From a virus (Duplodnaviria; Caudoviricetes): a stretch of DNA of 64,000 nt. The translations under genes and the position numbers were made by a program. The stretch is from IMG/VR virus record IMGVR_UViG_3300013121_000033, positions 1 through 64,000 of that record, one strand, 5' to 3'. The notes under the pieces were generated by a model, which worked only from the letters and a program-made list of their open reading frames with translations, was not told the origin of the DNA and searched no databases. Shown piece after piece: positions 27,299-36,022 of the stretch; the stretch's first letter is position 1, and each line of letters begins with the position of its first letter.

Positions 27299-28197
27299 CC
27301 GACCTGCCCACCCCGATCGAGCTCGTGGCCGGCGCCGCCACCGAGACCGCCGCCCTGGCCGACCTGCTCGCCGACACCCACCAGGCGATCGCCGTGCACC
27401 CCGTCACCGACGACCTCGCCACGGTCGTGACCCCGCCGGGCGCGACCCGCACGATGGTGAACCTGCAGCCCTTGGCGGACCAGCCGACCCGCGCCCGGGG
27501 CCTGGTCGTGGTGCACCGGCCCGACAGCTTCGTCGACGCCGTCGACCGCCTCGGTCCCACCGAGGGCACGGTCGTCTACGTCGACGACGTCACCCAGCGC
27601 CTCGTCGCCGTCCTCAACGACGACCACGGCGCCGACGATCCCGGCTGGCGCGACCACCGGGTCCGCCTCGAGCAGCAGCACACCCCCGAGTGGACGTTCT
27701 GGACGTCGCACCAGGGCCTCGGCGAGCAGCAGCGCTTCGCGGAGGTGATCGAGGACGGCCTCGACGAGATCATCGACCCGGCCCCCGCCGACCTCCTCGA
27801 GGTCGCGCAGACCTTCCAGGCGGCGATCCAGTCCGAGTTCCGCCAGGCGGCCCGCCTCCACGACGGCGCCGTGCAGTTCGTGTTCGCCGAGAGCATCGAC
27901 GCGAAGGCCGGCGTGTCCGGCACCGTGGACGTCCCCACCGAGTTCAAGGTCCGCCTCGCCGTCTACCGCGGCGGCGCCCTCGTCGACCTCACGGCCCGCC
28001 TCCGCTACCGGCTCCGCGGCGGCGCCCTGCAGATCGGCTACCAGCTGGTGCACCCCGAGCGCGCCGTCGACGACGCGTTCGCGCACGCCATCGACCGGAT
28101 CCTCGCCGGCCTGGCCGACTTCGACGTCGTGTACGGGCCCGCCCCGGCGGAGGCGTCGATCGTCGAGGTGCCCGCGGTCAGCATCACGGCGCGATGA
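27295..28197 (+). CDS. DUF2303 (YfdQ-like) protein
   Basis: PGWRDHR, TPEW, Q..FAE.IED, ARLRYRL. Confidence 0.85.
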   Translation: MTDLPTPIELVAGAATETAALADLLADTHQAIAVHPVTDDLATVVTPPGATRTMVNLQPLADQPTRARGLVVVHRPDSFVDAVDRLGPTEGTVVYVDDVTQRLVAVLNDDHGADDPGWRDHRVRLEQQHTPEWTFWTSHQGLGEQQRFAEVIEDGLDEIIDPAPADLLEVAQTFQAAIQSEFRQAARLHDGAVQFVFAESIDAKAGVSGTVDVPTEFKVRLAVYRGGALVDLTARLRYRLRGGALQIGYQLVHPERAVDDAFAHAIDRILAGLADFDVVYGPAPAEASIVEVPAVSITAR

Positions 28198-28532
28198 CCG
28201 CCCCGGTGTCGAACGGCGCCGCCCAGGAGGCGGTGAAGGCGAACGAGCTCCGCGGGGCGATCGCGACTCTGGCACGCCGGAAGGGCTGGGCGGTGCTGGA
28301 CCTGCACTCGACGAACGCCGGGCAGCCGTCCCGCCCGGACCTCGAGCTGGTCCCGCCGTCGGGCCCGACCGTGTACGTGTTCGTGAAGTCCGGCGCAGCG
28401 AAGAAGCACCTGCTCGACAAGCAGCAGGAGTGGGCCGACTACCTGACCGTCCCCGACGCCCGCGAGGTCCTGGTCGTGACCCCGGAGACCCTCGACGTCG
28501 TGTGGGACCTGCTCGAGGAGCGGGCCGGGTGA
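28194..28532 (+). CDS. VRR-NUC-like nuclease (possibly degenerate)
   Basis: PDL.LV...VK, Q..W..L pattern; canonical E-x-K replaced by F-V-K. Confidence 0.6.
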   Translation: MTAPVSNGAAQEAVKANELRGAIATLARRKGWAVLDLHSTNAGQPSRPDLELVPPSGPTVYVFVKSGAAKKHLLDKQQEWADYLTVPDAREVLVVTPETLDVVWDLLEERAG

Positions 28533-28825
28533 TCGTCGGCTGGCTGTTCATGGCGTCCGCCGTCCTGTTCGTCGCGGCGGCGTTCCACTTCGGCCGTGGC
28601 CACGAGTCCCGCGGTGTCGAGACCACGGCGATCGCTTCGGAGGCGACCGTGTACCCGGCGGTGACCGTTGAGCGGCGGGGCCTTTCGGAGCGGTGGGTGC
28701 CGAAGGTCGAGGTCCGGTTCTTCGAGGTCCACGAGTTGGCCGGCGCGCCGTGCGGCTCGTTCCAGGAAGCCCAGGTCGAGGCCCGCCGCCTGGCCGCCGC
28801 GACCCGTCGGGAGCTGATCCCGTGA
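28529..28825 (+). CDS. Hypothetical membrane-anchored protein
   Basis: N-terminal TM segment. Confidence 0.55.
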   Translation: MIVGWLFMASAVLFVAAAFHFGRGHESRGVETTAIASEATVYPAVTVERRGLSERWVPKVEVRFFEVHELAGAPCGSFQEAQVEARRLAAATRRELIP

Positions 28826-29418
28826 GGCCGGCGACGGCGGTCTCGTGGGAGTCGCTGGCGGCGTGCCGTGGCGCCCCGACGGGCCTGTTCTACCCGGACG
28901 CCGACGAGGACCCGGCCGCCGCCCTGTCGTACTGCGCTGGCTGCCCGGTGACCGGCGAGTGCTTCGAGGCGTTCGCCGACGACGACCAGGCGGTGGCCGG
29001 CGGCTTCACCGGCGCCCAGCGCGCCGCCATGGCCCGCGGCGAGCTCGTGGTCGGCCCTCCGGTCGTCACCAACACAGCCCTGTCCCGTACCACCACGAAC
29101 GGCGCCCTGATCGGCGAGGCGGTCCCGGTGGTCGCCGCGACCGAGTGGCGGACCTGCGTGATCTGCGACACCGGCTTCGCGACGACCACCACGACGGTCT
29201 GCTGCACGGACCGCTGCCGGGCCCGCAAGGCCCGCCGCGACGCCCGGGCCCGTCTCCCGTTCCGCTGCGACGACTGCAACCAGGGCTTCGCGACCGCCGA
29301 CACCCTCTCCGACCACGGGTGCGTCGCCAAGCTCTTGTCCTCGGCCGACAAGGCCGCTCACGCCGCCCGCCGCGCCCGCGACGACCTCGGCCGGTTTACC
29401 CCGGGGTCCGCCGCATGA
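28822..29418 (+). CDS. whiB: WhiB-family regulator fused to Zn-finger motifs
   Basis: AAC..LFYP..C.GCPV..EC..VAGG; then CxxC..C...C and CxxC..H.C. Confidence 0.75.
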   Translation: MRPATAVSWESLAACRGAPTGLFYPDADEDPAAALSYCAGCPVTGECFEAFADDDQAVAGGFTGAQRAAMARGELVVGPPVVTNTALSRTTTNGALIGEAVPVVAATEWRTCVICDTGFATTTTTVCCTDRCRARKARRDARARLPFRCDDCNQGFATADTLSDHGCVAKLLSSADKAAHAARRARDDLGRFTPGSAA

Positions 29419-29690
29419 CCGCGACCCTGACCGTGATCCCCGGCGGGCTCGACTGGCGGGCCGACGCCGAGTGCGCCGGCTACCCGACCGACTGGTGGTT
29501 CCCGGACCGCACCGAGGGTGCGCACTGCTACACGAAGGCCCGCGAGGTGTGCTCGGCGTGCCCGGTCCGCTACGAGTGCCTCGAGCACGCCCTGACCGAA
29601 CCGGAGGTGCGCGGCATGTGGGGCGGCCGGACCCCGGTCGAGCTGGCCCGCGAACGCGGCCGCCGTGCACGGGAGGCCCGCCGTGGGTGA
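29415..29690 (+). CDS. whiB: WhiB-family regulator
   Basis: AEC..WWFP..CSACPVRYECLEHAL..GMWGG. Confidence 0.92.
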   Translation: MTATLTVIPGGLDWRADAECAGYPTDWWFPDRTEGAHCYTKAREVCSACPVRYECLEHALTEPEVRGMWGGRTPVELARERGRRAREARRG

Positions 29691-29853
29691 CGCCGCCCGG
29701 GATCTCCGCTACGGCCGCCGTGGCGGCATGTGGGCCGAGGACTGGTCCGACGAGGACGAGGCCCGCTACCAGGCCGCGAAGAAGACGACGCAGGACCAGG
29801 CCGACACCGACGACGACCAGCCGTCCCTGTTCGACGGCGAGGCCCGACCGTGA
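29683..29853 (+). CDS. Hypothetical small protein
   Basis: ORF ending QPSLFD. Confidence 0.5.
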   Translation: MGDAARDLRYGRRGGMWAEDWSDEDEARYQAAKKTTQDQADTDDDQPSLFDGEARP

Positions 29854-30191
29854 ACCGCCACGACGACCAGCGCACCACGAGGATCCACCGGCGCCGCGCC
29901 GCCCGGCTGCAGGCCATGGCCCACGACGCCTACGAGGCCGGCGACGTGGTCGCGACCCGCCTGGCGGTGTGCCACCCGACCGATGTCGCTGCGGCGCAGA
30001 ACGCGACGGCCGACGCCCTGTGCGACGAGCTCGGCGACCGGCGCCGTGGCGCCGTGTGGTGGATCAAGGTCCCGGTCGCTCAGCTGTCCGACCACGAACG
30101 GAACCTGATCGCGTCTGGCGACGCGGTGAGGTTCATGGCGCTCAACCCGGACTGGACGGTCGTGGTCGCGTGCGCCCGGGCGGCCGTGTGA
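29850..30191 (+). CDS. Hypothetical protein
   Basis: Coupled ORF. Confidence 0.55.
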   Translation: MNRHDDQRTTRIHRRRAARLQAMAHDAYEAGDVVATRLAVCHPTDVAAAQNATADALCDELGDRRRGAVWWIKVPVAQLSDHERNLIASGDAVRFMALNPDWTVVVACARAAV

Positions 30192-30508
30192 TGAACCTGC
30201 GACCGATCCCCGAGTGGCACGACGACGCGGCGTGCACCGACCCGGCCCTCGGCGGGCCTCGCGCCCGGGCCCGGATCTTCTACCCGCCCTGGTCCGGCCA
30301 CACCAGGAGCATCGGCGCAGCGACCCGGGCCGGCTGGGCGGCCGCCAAGACGATCTGCGCCGACTGCCCCGTCCAGGCCGCCTGCCTCGACGACGCCATC
30401 GCCTACGGCGAACCCGCCGGCGTGTGGGGCGGCCTCGACCCGATCGAACGCGACGTGGAGGCCCGCCGCCGGGCCCGACGCATCCCGAGGGAGCCGATGC
30501 CCGCATGA
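30191..30508 (+). CDS. whiB: WhiB-family regulator
   Basis: AAC..IFYP..AKTICADCPVQAACL..GVWGG. Confidence 0.92.
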   Translation: MNLRPIPEWHDDAACTDPALGGPRARARIFYPPWSGHTRSIGAATRAGWAAAKTICADCPVQAACLDDAIAYGEPAGVWGGLDPIERDVEARRRARRIPREPMPA

Positions 30509-31440
30509 CCCACCCCGACACCGAACGCCTCCTCGACGGCCGCAACGTCCACGAGTACGTCCCGGACCTGCCCCTCGTCGAGATCCACGAGCCGACCTCC
30601 CACGACCAGCAGTACCGGGTCGAGATCTACGACCCGGCCACCGTGGTCCGCTACCGGGCCGACCTCGCCGCCGGCGACGAGTTCCCGCCGCTGATCGTCC
30701 GGCGCCGCAACAAGACCGGCGGCTACGTCCTGCTGTCGGGGATGCACCGGTGGCACGCCGCCCGTGCCCTCGACTGGCCGGCGTTCCCGGCCTACATCGT
30801 CCGGTGCACCCCCGCGACGGGCCGGCTGATCTCGTTCGACGCGAACCGCACCCACGGCAAGCCCCTGTCGCCATCGGAGCTCGGCGAGCTGGCTGCCCGC
30901 CTGGTCGAGCTCGACGGGATGACCGTCGACGACGCCGCGCACACCGTCGGCGCCTCGAAGTCCCAGGTCGGCACCGCCCTGGCAGCGCACCGGTGCGACC
31001 GACGGGCCGCCGAGGTCGCCGACCTCGACACCACCCACCTGGCCCTGTCGCTCCGCTCGGTGATGAACACGATCACCGACGACGTCGTGTTCGGCGACGC
31101 CGCCGAGCTGATCGTGACCCACAACCTCGGAGGCGGCGCCGCCCAACAGTTGGCGTCGCAGCTGCAGAAGCTCGACCGGGCCGACGCCCTCGAGCTGGTC
31201 CGCGAGAAGGCGGCGATGCGGTCCGGGTTCGCCGGCGGCCGTGGCCACCGCAAGCCCGAGCGCGAGCGGCTGCAGAACGCCTGCTGGTCGATCCTCGACG
31301 TGGACGTCGACCAGGTCGTGGCCGAGCTCGAGGAGGCGCCCGAGTTGGCCGAGATGGCTCGGACCCGGATGGAGAAGGCCGGCAGGCACTTCCTTGCGCT
31401 GGCCCGAGCGATCGACCGGGTCATGGAGAAGGCCGGATGA
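30505..31440 (+). CDS. ParB/Srx-like nuclease domain plus HTH protein
   Basis: FPPLIV..LLSGMHRWHAA..ANRTHG. Confidence 0.85.
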   Translation: MTHPDTERLLDGRNVHEYVPDLPLVEIHEPTSHDQQYRVEIYDPATVVRYRADLAAGDEFPPLIVRRRNKTGGYVLLSGMHRWHAARALDWPAFPAYIVRCTPATGRLISFDANRTHGKPLSPSELGELAARLVELDGMTVDDAAHTVGASKSQVGTALAAHRCDRRAAEVADLDTTHLALSLRSVMNTITDDVVFGDAAELIVTHNLGGGAAQQLASQLQKLDRADALELVREKAAMRSGFAGGRGHRKPERERLQNACWSILDVDVDQVVAELEEAPELAEMARTRMEKAGRHFLALARAIDRVMEKAG

Positions 31441-31880
31441 GCCAGCTGTCGATCTCCCACCAGGACCTCGCCGTGGTGCTGGACCTCGCGTTGCTGACCG
31501 AGGACCTGTCCCGCGACGAGCTCAAGGCGGTCCGCGAGACGGCCCGCCGCCTGGACCAGCACCGCAACTGGATGGTCACCGGCGGTCAGAACGACCGGGT
31601 CGCCCGGCCGGCGCGGACCGTTCCGTGCACGTTCTCGGACCATCACCTGTCCGGCCGCGCCGCGACCCGCGCCGGCGTGACCCCGTGCCGGTGCTCCGGC
31701 GACCTGGTGGTCCCGGACTTCACCGACAAGGCACGTGGTGAGCGCCTGACCGACGCCGCCGGCTGGTCCCGCGCCGTCGCCGCCGTGGAAGACCTCCACG
31801 ACCCGGCCGCTGCGTCGCCCCGTGTCCTCGTTCCTGTCGCCGCAGGCGGCGCCTCAGACAGCGATCCGGGGGAGCCGTGA
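31437..31880 (+). CDS. Hypothetical protein
   Basis: Coupled ORF. Confidence 0.55.
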   Translation: MSQLSISHQDLAVVLDLALLTEDLSRDELKAVRETARRLDQHRNWMVTGGQNDRVARPARTVPCTFSDHHLSGRAATRAGVTPCRCSGDLVVPDFTDKARGERLTDAAGWSRAVAAVEDLHDPAAASPRVLVPVAAGGASDSDPGEP

Positions 31881-32644
31881 GCGTCCAGGCTCTCTCTTGG
31901 GTGCTGGAACGGTGCCCCGAGCACGTCGGCCCCCAGGCCCGCCTCGTGCTCATGTCGATCGCGAACCACGCCGGCCCCCGCGGCGAGGACAGCTACCCGT
32001 CCGTCGCGACGATCGGCCGCGAGACCGGACTGAACGCACGCCAGGTGCAGCGCTGGACCGCCTGGCTCGCCGACGAGGGCCTGCTCGAGGTCGAGCGCCA
32101 GGCCGGCGGCGACGACCGGATCCGGGCCGACCGGCGCCCGAACCGGTACACGATCGTCCCGCTCCGCCGCGGGGTGACATCTACGACACCCCGTGCTGAG
32201 GAGGCCCCCGAACGGGCCCCGGACACCACCGTTGACCCCGAGAACACGGGGCCCGCCGACGGGGTGACACCTACGACACCCGGCACCCCCGAACGGGGTG
32301 ACATCAGCGTCACCCCGCCGCCGTCCACGGGGTGTCATCCACGGCACGACGGGGTGACACTGAAGGCGCCACGGGGTGACACTGACGCCACCCAAACCGT
32401 CATTGAACCGAACTACGAACCGCGTGGAACAAGTCCTTCGACAACTTCCAGCCGCGCGGCCACCCCGCCGGCGAAGGACCAGGACCTCGATCAGCGGCCG
32501 GTAGAGCGAACGCGGGCACGAGACCTCGTCCGACGAGCACGACGCACCATCACCGCCGCCGAGAGCGTCGCCCCGGTCGCCGCCCACCTCGAAGCCGACC
32601 ACGCCCTCGCCGCCGAGCTTGGCCTGATCGGAAGCGACGCCTGA
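31877..32644 (+). CDS. Replication initiator (N-terminal HTH_36, lambda O-like organisation)
   Basis: MSVQALSWV, RLVLMSIANHA, YPSVATI, NRY; internal iterons. Confidence 0.85.
   Translation: MSVQALSWVLERCPEHVGPQARLVLMSIANHAGPRGEDSYPSVATIGRETGLNARQVQRWTAWLADEGLLEVERQAGGDDRIRADRRPNRYTIVPLRRGVTSTTPRAEEAPERAPDTTVDPENTGPADGVTPTTPGTPERGDISVTPPPSTGCHPRHDGVTLKAPRGDTDATQTVIEPNYEPRGTSPSTTSSRAATPPAKDQDLDQRPVERTRARDLVRRARRTITAAESVAPVAAHLEADHALAAELGLIGSDA
32171..32393 (+). repeat. Iterons / replication origin inside the initiator gene
   Basis: Six GGGGTGWCAY copies at 32171, 32261, 32295, 32329, 32351, 32373, several followed by an inverted GWCACCC-like half. Confidence 0.8.
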
Positions 32645-33015
32645 TGGCGACCGAACGCTGCCCGGCCTGCTCGAAGTCGGTCCGCTGGGGCCAGTGCACC
32701 GACCCCGAGTGCGGCTGGACCGCCGGCGAGACCACGACCCCGCTCGTGAAGGGCACCGTCGACCGCGGCTACCGCCACGCCCGCAAGCCGATCCAGCCGC
32801 CACGCGAGCCACGCCCGACGGGCCCGCCGACCGAACGCGAGCGTGCCATCGGCCTCCCCTGGCTCCAGCGGTGCCGCCAGACCCTCGCCGAGCACACGCC
32901 ACCCGACCCGACCGTCGCCGACCGCCTGGCGCAGGTCGTCCGCACCACCGCATCCCCGAAGGCACGCCAGGTCGCCCTCGAGGTCGCCGCCCAGCTCGAG
33001 GAGGCCCGGCCATGA
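32644..33015 (+). CDS. Hypothetical Zn-ribbon protein
   Basis: CPAC..C....C. Confidence 0.55.
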   Translation: MATERCPACSKSVRWGQCTDPECGWTAGETTTPLVKGTVDRGYRHARKPIQPPREPRPTGPPTERERAIGLPWLQRCRQTLAEHTPPDPTVADRLAQVVRTTASPKARQVALEVAAQLEEARP

Positions 33016-33200
33016 CCGTGTCGGTCGAGTGGCACCCGTCCCCGTACGGGACCGGTCACGACGTGCCCCGCTACCGGTGCTCGTGCGGCGAGCTCCACAA
33101 CGGCGCCCAGGCCGCCAACCAGTGCCGCCACCCGGCCATGCCGAAATCGCATGAGCCGGACCTGCCCCAACTCGCCCTCGACCTCGGAGAACCCGCATGA
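33012..33200 (+). CDS. Hypothetical small protein
   Basis: Coupled ORF with CSCG. Confidence 0.5.
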   Translation: MTVSVEWHPSPYGTGHDVPRYRCSCGELHNGAQAANQCRHPAMPKSHEPDLPQLALDLGEPA

Positions 33201-33457
33201 CCCGAGCCCTCGCCTTCATCGCCGGCGTGGTCATCACCGCGGTGACGTTCCTGGCCGGCCTCGCCGCCCTGGCGCTGTTCGCTCTCGCCGACCGGGACCT
33301 CGACCTCGACCCGGAGCAGTGCCCGTCAGTGCTCCACCCGATCGGCGGCTACACGGGCCCGCCGGTGCGCTGCCAGGACTTCGCCGACCACGACGGCCAA
33401 CACCGCCACGACAACGGCGACGGCATCGAGACCACCTGGGAGGACACCAATGCCTGA
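33197..33457 (+). CDS. Small membrane-anchored protein
   Basis: TM segment plus C..C...H.G.H. Confidence 0.55.
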   Translation: MTRALAFIAGVVITAVTFLAGLAALALFALADRDLDLDPEQCPSVLHPIGGYTGPPVRCQDFADHDGQHRHDNGDGIETTWEDTNA

Positions 33458-33746
33458 CCTCGACCAGGCCCTCGCCACCATCGCCGGCGACGCCGCATCC
33501 ATGCTCGTCGACCTCAACGCCGACCTCGAGCGCACCCGCCGCCAGCGCAACGACGCCCTCGACGCCCTGGCCGACATCGCCGGGATCGTCCTCGACACCG
33601 ACGGCACCGCCCTCACCGTCGCGGCCGAGTGCCTCGATCAGTTCGACCTGTGCACTGGCCGCTACCCGACCGACCCGAACGAGTGGTGCTCGGTCTGCGT
33701 CGCCGAGGTCGCCTGGTACGCCATCACCACGGCGGCGAGCTCGTGA
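33450..33746 (+). CDS. Hypothetical protein
   Basis: GGAGG RBS; coiled coil plus Cys. Confidence 0.55.
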   Translation: MPDLDQALATIAGDAASMLVDLNADLERTRRQRNDALDALADIAGIVLDTDGTALTVAAECLDQFDLCTGRYPTDPNEWCSVCVAEVAWYAITTAASS

Positions 33747-34396
33747 AGGCCATCACCGTCCGCCAGCCGTGGGCGCAACTCATCGCCGAGGGCGTCAAGA
33801 CGATCGAGTGGCGCACCCGGCCAACCAGCTACCGCGGCCCCATCCTGATCCACGCCGCGAAGGCGAAGATGCGCGTCGGTCACCTAGTGCCGTGGTACGA
33901 GGCCGGGTTCTCGTGCGAGGCGAACATGGGAGCAGACGGCTACTGGGGCGACGTGCGCTACCAGTGGGCGACGTTCCCACTCGGCGCGGTGGTGGCCGTC
34001 GCCAACCTCACCGACTGCCTCCCTGTCGGGAGCTTCCACCACGGCGACTGGGACCGCCTCGACCCGAACCCGCCGACCCGTGACGTCGACTACATCAACA
34101 CGAACGTGGAGGCGATCGCCGAAGGGCTGTGCGAATCGCCTGACGCTTCGCCGCTCGCGATCCACCACACACGCGTCAGTGACAAGGGATCGGTGCACTG
34201 GTCCGAACCGATCCCCGACCAGGTCGCCTACTCCGGCGGCTACGCGGTCCGCGGGAACTTCGGCTACCTGCTCTCCGACGTGCGGCGACTCGGTCGGCCG
34301 GTCCCGGCGAAAGGCGCGCTCGGCCTGTGGACGGCACCCGACGATGTCGTCGCTGCGGTCGTCGAGCAGATCGGAGAGTTGCCGTGTACCGCGTAA
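33743..34396 (+). CDS. ASCH-domain protein
   Basis: KAITVRQPWAQLIAEGVKTIE.R..YRGPILIHA; PVPAKGALGLW. Confidence 0.9.
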   Translation: MKAITVRQPWAQLIAEGVKTIEWRTRPTSYRGPILIHAAKAKMRVGHLVPWYEAGFSCEANMGADGYWGDVRYQWATFPLGAVVAVANLTDCLPVGSFHHGDWDRLDPNPPTRDVDYINTNVEAIAEGLCESPDASPLAIHHTRVSDKGSVHWSEPIPDQVAYSGGYAVRGNFGYLLSDVRRLGRPVPAKGALGLWTAPDDVVAAVVEQIGELPCTA

Positions 34397-34586
34397 CCGA
34401 AGCGGTCATCGACCGGGGAGCGGAATCGTTCCGTGGTGTCGCCGACATCCGCGACGACGAAACCAAGGCGCGGCGTGCCGCCGACCGGATGGCCCGTCGA
34501 CCCGGTCACGCCACCGCGGTTGCTGCGTACGTCGTGCTCGACACCGACGGCCGCGAGGTCTACCGGGCGGCGGTCGCCTGCTCCAC

Positions 34587-34608
34587 TGTCACACCCTCTT
34601 CGTAGGAT
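34587..34608 (+). promoter_or_regulatory. RecA-NDp/PafBC-type promoter, leaderless
   Basis: TGTCACAC-N8-TAGGAT-N7-ATG. Confidence 0.55.
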
Positions 34609-34615
34609 CGGAACC

Positions 34616-36022
34616 ATGGCATCGACAACGACATCCGTTCTCCCTACTCGTGAACCGACGGGGCTGCCGTCGTGGCCGGTGATCCTCGTCGAGGGTCCAT
34701 CGAAGTCGGGGCGGACGTGGACAGCGTTGACGTTGTCGACGTCGCCGCGGGTTGGTCGGACGTTCGTGTTCGAGTTCGCCGACGCTGGCGGGTCGGGTGA
34801 CGAGTACGCGGCGCTCGGCCGGTACGAGCTTGTCGTCCTCGACGGCGGCTGGGATGACTTCATCGCGAAGCTCCAAGCGGCGGCGGACATGCCGACGGAG
34901 AACGGGCGCCCGAACGTCATCGTGATCGACTCGGTGACCGCGTTGTGGGATGACCTCAAGTGGTGGGCGGAGTCGAGGGCGCGGCGGTCGCGACGCGGTC
35001 AGGCCGCGCTCGCTGCGGACCCGGACGCTGCGGTCGAGGTGTCGACGAACTATTGGAACGACGCCAAGTCGCGGTGGGGGCTGATGCTCCACATCCTGAA
35101 CCAGTTCGAGGGGATCGCTGTCGTGATCGCCCGAGCCGACGAGGTGACCGCGTTCGAGAACGGGCAACCGGTTGAGGGCAAGACGGTCTACCGGGTCGAC
35201 GCCGAGAAGAGCCTCACGGCGAACGTCACTGCGGTGGTGCGGGTCACGCCGAACCATGATCGTCTCCTGATGGCGGCGCGGTCGTCGCTGCTTGTCGTGC
35301 CGCCGTCGGGGTTGACGTTGCCGCCGGAGGGGACGCTCGATTTCCTCGTGTTCGACCTGCTGCTCGGGGGTCGCCCCAAGTTCGCGAAGCCGCGGCGTCT
35401 CTCGACTCGGATGCTGTCGTCGAGCGAGGCGAAGCCGTTGATGCTTCGCCGGTTGGTCGAGGGGCACGGCATCGACAAGGACATCGCACGCGACGCGGCT
35501 CACACCGTGTGGGTTGCCCGCAACCCTCGGAACGCGGACATCTCCGAAGAGTCGTTGCCGGACCTGATCGCGGAAGCGGTCCGGGTCGCGACAGCGCCAC
35601 CCCCCGGCGAGGCTGCCCCGGTCGGGTTGACCGACGACGAGGTGGCCGCGGCACAGGCGATGACGGTCGTCCCGTACAAGCTGCCCGAGTGGGTCGAACT
35701 CATCCAGGAGGCCCGCGGCGGCGACGAGGTGGCCGTGGCGCAAGTCCGGTCGGTCCTTCATGGGAACCCGTTGGCTGACGCCACGGACGAGGGCGGCGAG
35801 GCTCCCGAGGCCGACCCCGTCCCGGAAGCGGTCGGGCCGTCAGGTGAAGAGGCTGATTCCCCCCGGGCCTACGAGGAAGCCGCCGACGATGAGCACGACG
35901 CCACCGAGGATGTCTCGGTGGGCGAGGCGCATGATCCCGGCGACGACGAGGACGACAGCGATCAACCACAGGATGAGTCCCATGACGAGCCCAGTACCCC
36001 GAAGCGACGCCGGGGACACTGA
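34616..36022 (+). CDS. AAA_24/Sak4-like recombination ATPase with acidic tail
   Basis: EGPSKSGRT Walker A, VIVIDS Walker B. Confidence 0.7.
   Translation: MASTTTSVLPTREPTGLPSWPVILVEGPSKSGRTWTALTLSTSPRVGRTFVFEFADAGGSGDEYAALGRYELVVLDGGWDDFIAKLQAAADMPTENGRPNVIVIDSVTALWDDLKWWAESRARRSRRGQAALAADPDAAVEVSTNYWNDAKSRWGLMLHILNQFEGIAVVIARADEVTAFENGQPVEGKTVYRVDAEKSLTANVTAVVRVTPNHDRLLMAARSSLLVVPPSGLTLPPEGTLDFLVFDLLLGGRPKFAKPRRLSTRMLSSSEAKPLMLRRLVEGHGIDKDIARDAAHTVWVARNPRNADISEESLPDLIAEAVRVATAPPPGEAAPVGLTDDEVAAAQAMTVVPYKLPEWVELIQEARGGDEVAVAQVRSVLHGNPLADATDEGGEAPEADPVPEAVGPSGEEADSPRAYEEAADDEHDATEDVSVGEAHDPGDDEDDSDQPQDESHDEPSTPKRRRGH

Larger units (their letters stand above)
1..33800. mobile_element. Temperate HK97-type siphovirus (phage 1), in virion/excised gene order
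   Basis: Contiguous packaging, head, tail, lysis, integrase, immunity and replication modules. The right boundary is approximate (codon-style shift within the ASCH gene). Confidence 0.9.

Noticed and set aside
32171-32393. Spaced repeats as a possible CRISPR array
   Set aside because: Short, irregularly spaced, inside a coding gene and no cas genes; they fit iterons.
102-33237. Many long antisense or alternate-frame ORFs (e.g. 1380-3119, 4845-6554, 7473-9389, 24708-26963, 27223-29670)
   Set aside because: Shadow ORFs of high-GC genes: Arg/Pro/Gly-rich, no motifs, and they overlap well-supported genes.
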